Source: Malacoraja senta (lineage: Eukaryota). Taken from it: 64,000 nucleotides of DNA. Made by a program: the position numbers and the translations under genes. Shown one piece after another: positions 62,229-64,000 of the stretch. Within the stretch, counting starts at the first letter, position 1. Every line of letters begins with the position of its first letter. The notes under the pieces are model-generated. The model worked only from the letters and a program-made list of their open reading frames with translations. It searched no databases and was not told where the DNA came from. Location of the stretch: assembly GCA_038087875.1 (NCBI GenBank), contig CM075993.1, positions 9,736,001-9,800,000 of the forward strand, read 5' to 3'.

Positions 62229-64000
62229 ACATAGAAACATAGAAAATAGAAAATAGGTGCAGGAGTAGGCCATTCAATATGATCATGGCTGATAATCCAA
62301 CTCAGTACCCTGTACCTGCCTTCTCTCCATACCCCCTGATACCTTTAGCCACAAGGGCCACATCTAACTCCCTCTTAAATAATAGCCAATGAACTGGCCT
62401 CAACTACCTTCTGTGGCAGAGAGTTCCAGAGATTCACCACTCTCTGTGTGAAAAATGTTTTTCTCATCTCGGTCCTAAAGGATTTCCCCTTTATCCTTAA
62501 ACTGTGACCCCTTGTCCTGGACTTCCCCAACATCGGAACAATCTTCCAACATCTAGCCTGTCCAACCCCTTAAGAATTTTGTAAGTTTCTATAAGATCCC
62601 CCTCAATCTTCTAAATTCTAGCGAGTACAAGCCGAGTCTATCCAGTCTTTCTTCATATGAAAGTCCTGCCATCCAGGAATCAGTCTGGTGAACCTTCTCT
62701 GTACTCCCTCTATGGCAAGAATGTCTTTCCTCAGATTTGGAGACCAAAACTGTACACAATACTCCAGGTGTGGTCTTACCAAGATCCTGTACAACTGCAG
62801 TAAAAACCTCCCTGCTCCTATACTCAAATCCTTTTGCTATGAATGCTAACATACCATTTGCTTTCTTCACTGCCTGCTGCACCTGCATGCCTACTTTCAA
62901 TGACTGGTGTACCATGACACCCAGGTCTCGTTGCATCTCCCCTTTTCTAATCGGCCACCATTTAGATAATAGTCTACTTTCCTGTTTTTGCCACCAAAGT
63001 GGATAACCTCACATTTATCCGCATTATACTGCATCTGCCATGCATTTGCCCACTCACCCAGCCTATCCAAGTCACCTTGCAGCCTCCTAGCATCCTCCTC
63101 ACAGCTAACATTGCCCCCCAGCTTCGTGTCATCCGCAAACTTGGAGATGTTGCATTCAATTCCCTCGTCCAAAATCATTAATATATATTGTAAATAGCTG
63201 GGGTCCCAGCAATGAGCTTGCGGTACCCCACTAGTCACTGCCTGCCATTCTGAAAAGTACCCGTTTACTCCTACTCTTTGCTTCCTGTTTGCCAGCCAGT
63301 TCTCTGTCCACATCAATACTGAACCCCCAATACTGTATGCTTATAAGTTTGTATACTATTCTCTTATGTGGGACTTTGTCGAAAGCCTTCTGAAAGTCCA
63401 GATATAAAACATCCACTGGTTCTCCCTTATCCACTCTACTAGTTACATGCTCGAAAAATTCTATAAGATTCGTCAGACATGATTTACCTTTCGTAAATCC
63501 ATGCTGACTTTGTCCAATGATTTCACCACTTTCCAAATGTGCTGTTATCCCATCTTTAATAACTGACTCTAGCAGTTTCCCCACTACCGATGTTAGACTA
63601 ACTGGTCTGTAATTCCCAGTTTTCTCTCTCTCTCCCTTTTTAAAAAGTGGGGTTACATTAGCTGCCCTCCAATCCTCAGGAACTACTCCAGAATATAAAG
63701 AGTTTTGCAAAATTATCACTAATGCATCCACTATTTCTGGGGCTACTTCCTTAAGTACTCTGGGATGCAGCCTATCTGGCCCTGGGGATTTATCGGCCTT
63801 TAATCCATTCAATTTACCTAACACCACTTCCCGGCTAACCTGGATTTCACTCAGTTCCTCCATCTCATTTGACCCGCGGTCCCCTGCTATTTCCGGCAGA
63901 TTATTTATGTCTTCCTAAGTGAAGACAGAACCAAAGTAGTTATTCAATTGGTCTGCCATGTCCTTGTTCCCCATGATTAATTCACCTGTTTCTGACTGCA
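62229..64000 (-). mobile_element. CR1 LINE ORF2 (RT) and 3' end, continuing beyond the window
   Basis: Contains [23 protein letters not shown] and FADD. The tail, read as catagaaacatagaaa on the + strand, lies at about 62229-62250. Confidence 0.92.

Overview
This is repeat-rich vertebrate genomic DNA. The repeat families present (HE1/V-SINE, CR1, Penelope pLTRs, Rex1, DIRS, L1, Tc1) suggest a cartilaginous fish, probably a skate; that assignment is inference. The only clearly identifiable host gene is the first coding exon of SLC25A44 (mitochondrial carrier, + strand, 48264-48885), with a CpG-island promoter at about 24.3-25.0 kb that may belong to it. The rest is mostly nested transposable elements: a structurally complete DIRS1 element, a near-full-length L1, a Tc1 interrupted by two CR1 copies, Rex1/Babar LINEs and four Harbinger-type MITEs. 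The most striking structure is a tandem array of about 6.8 apparently identical 316-bp units (9996-12137). Each unit carries a minimal type I hammerhead ribozyme motif derived from a Penelope pseudo-LTR, which fits a non-LTR retrozyme / circular-RNA system. The same hammerhead motif occurs in many dispersed short insertions, often as inverted pairs flanked by target-site duplications (TSDs). All calls were made by eye, and TE boundaries are approximate unless a TSD or terminal inverted repeat (TIR) is quoted.
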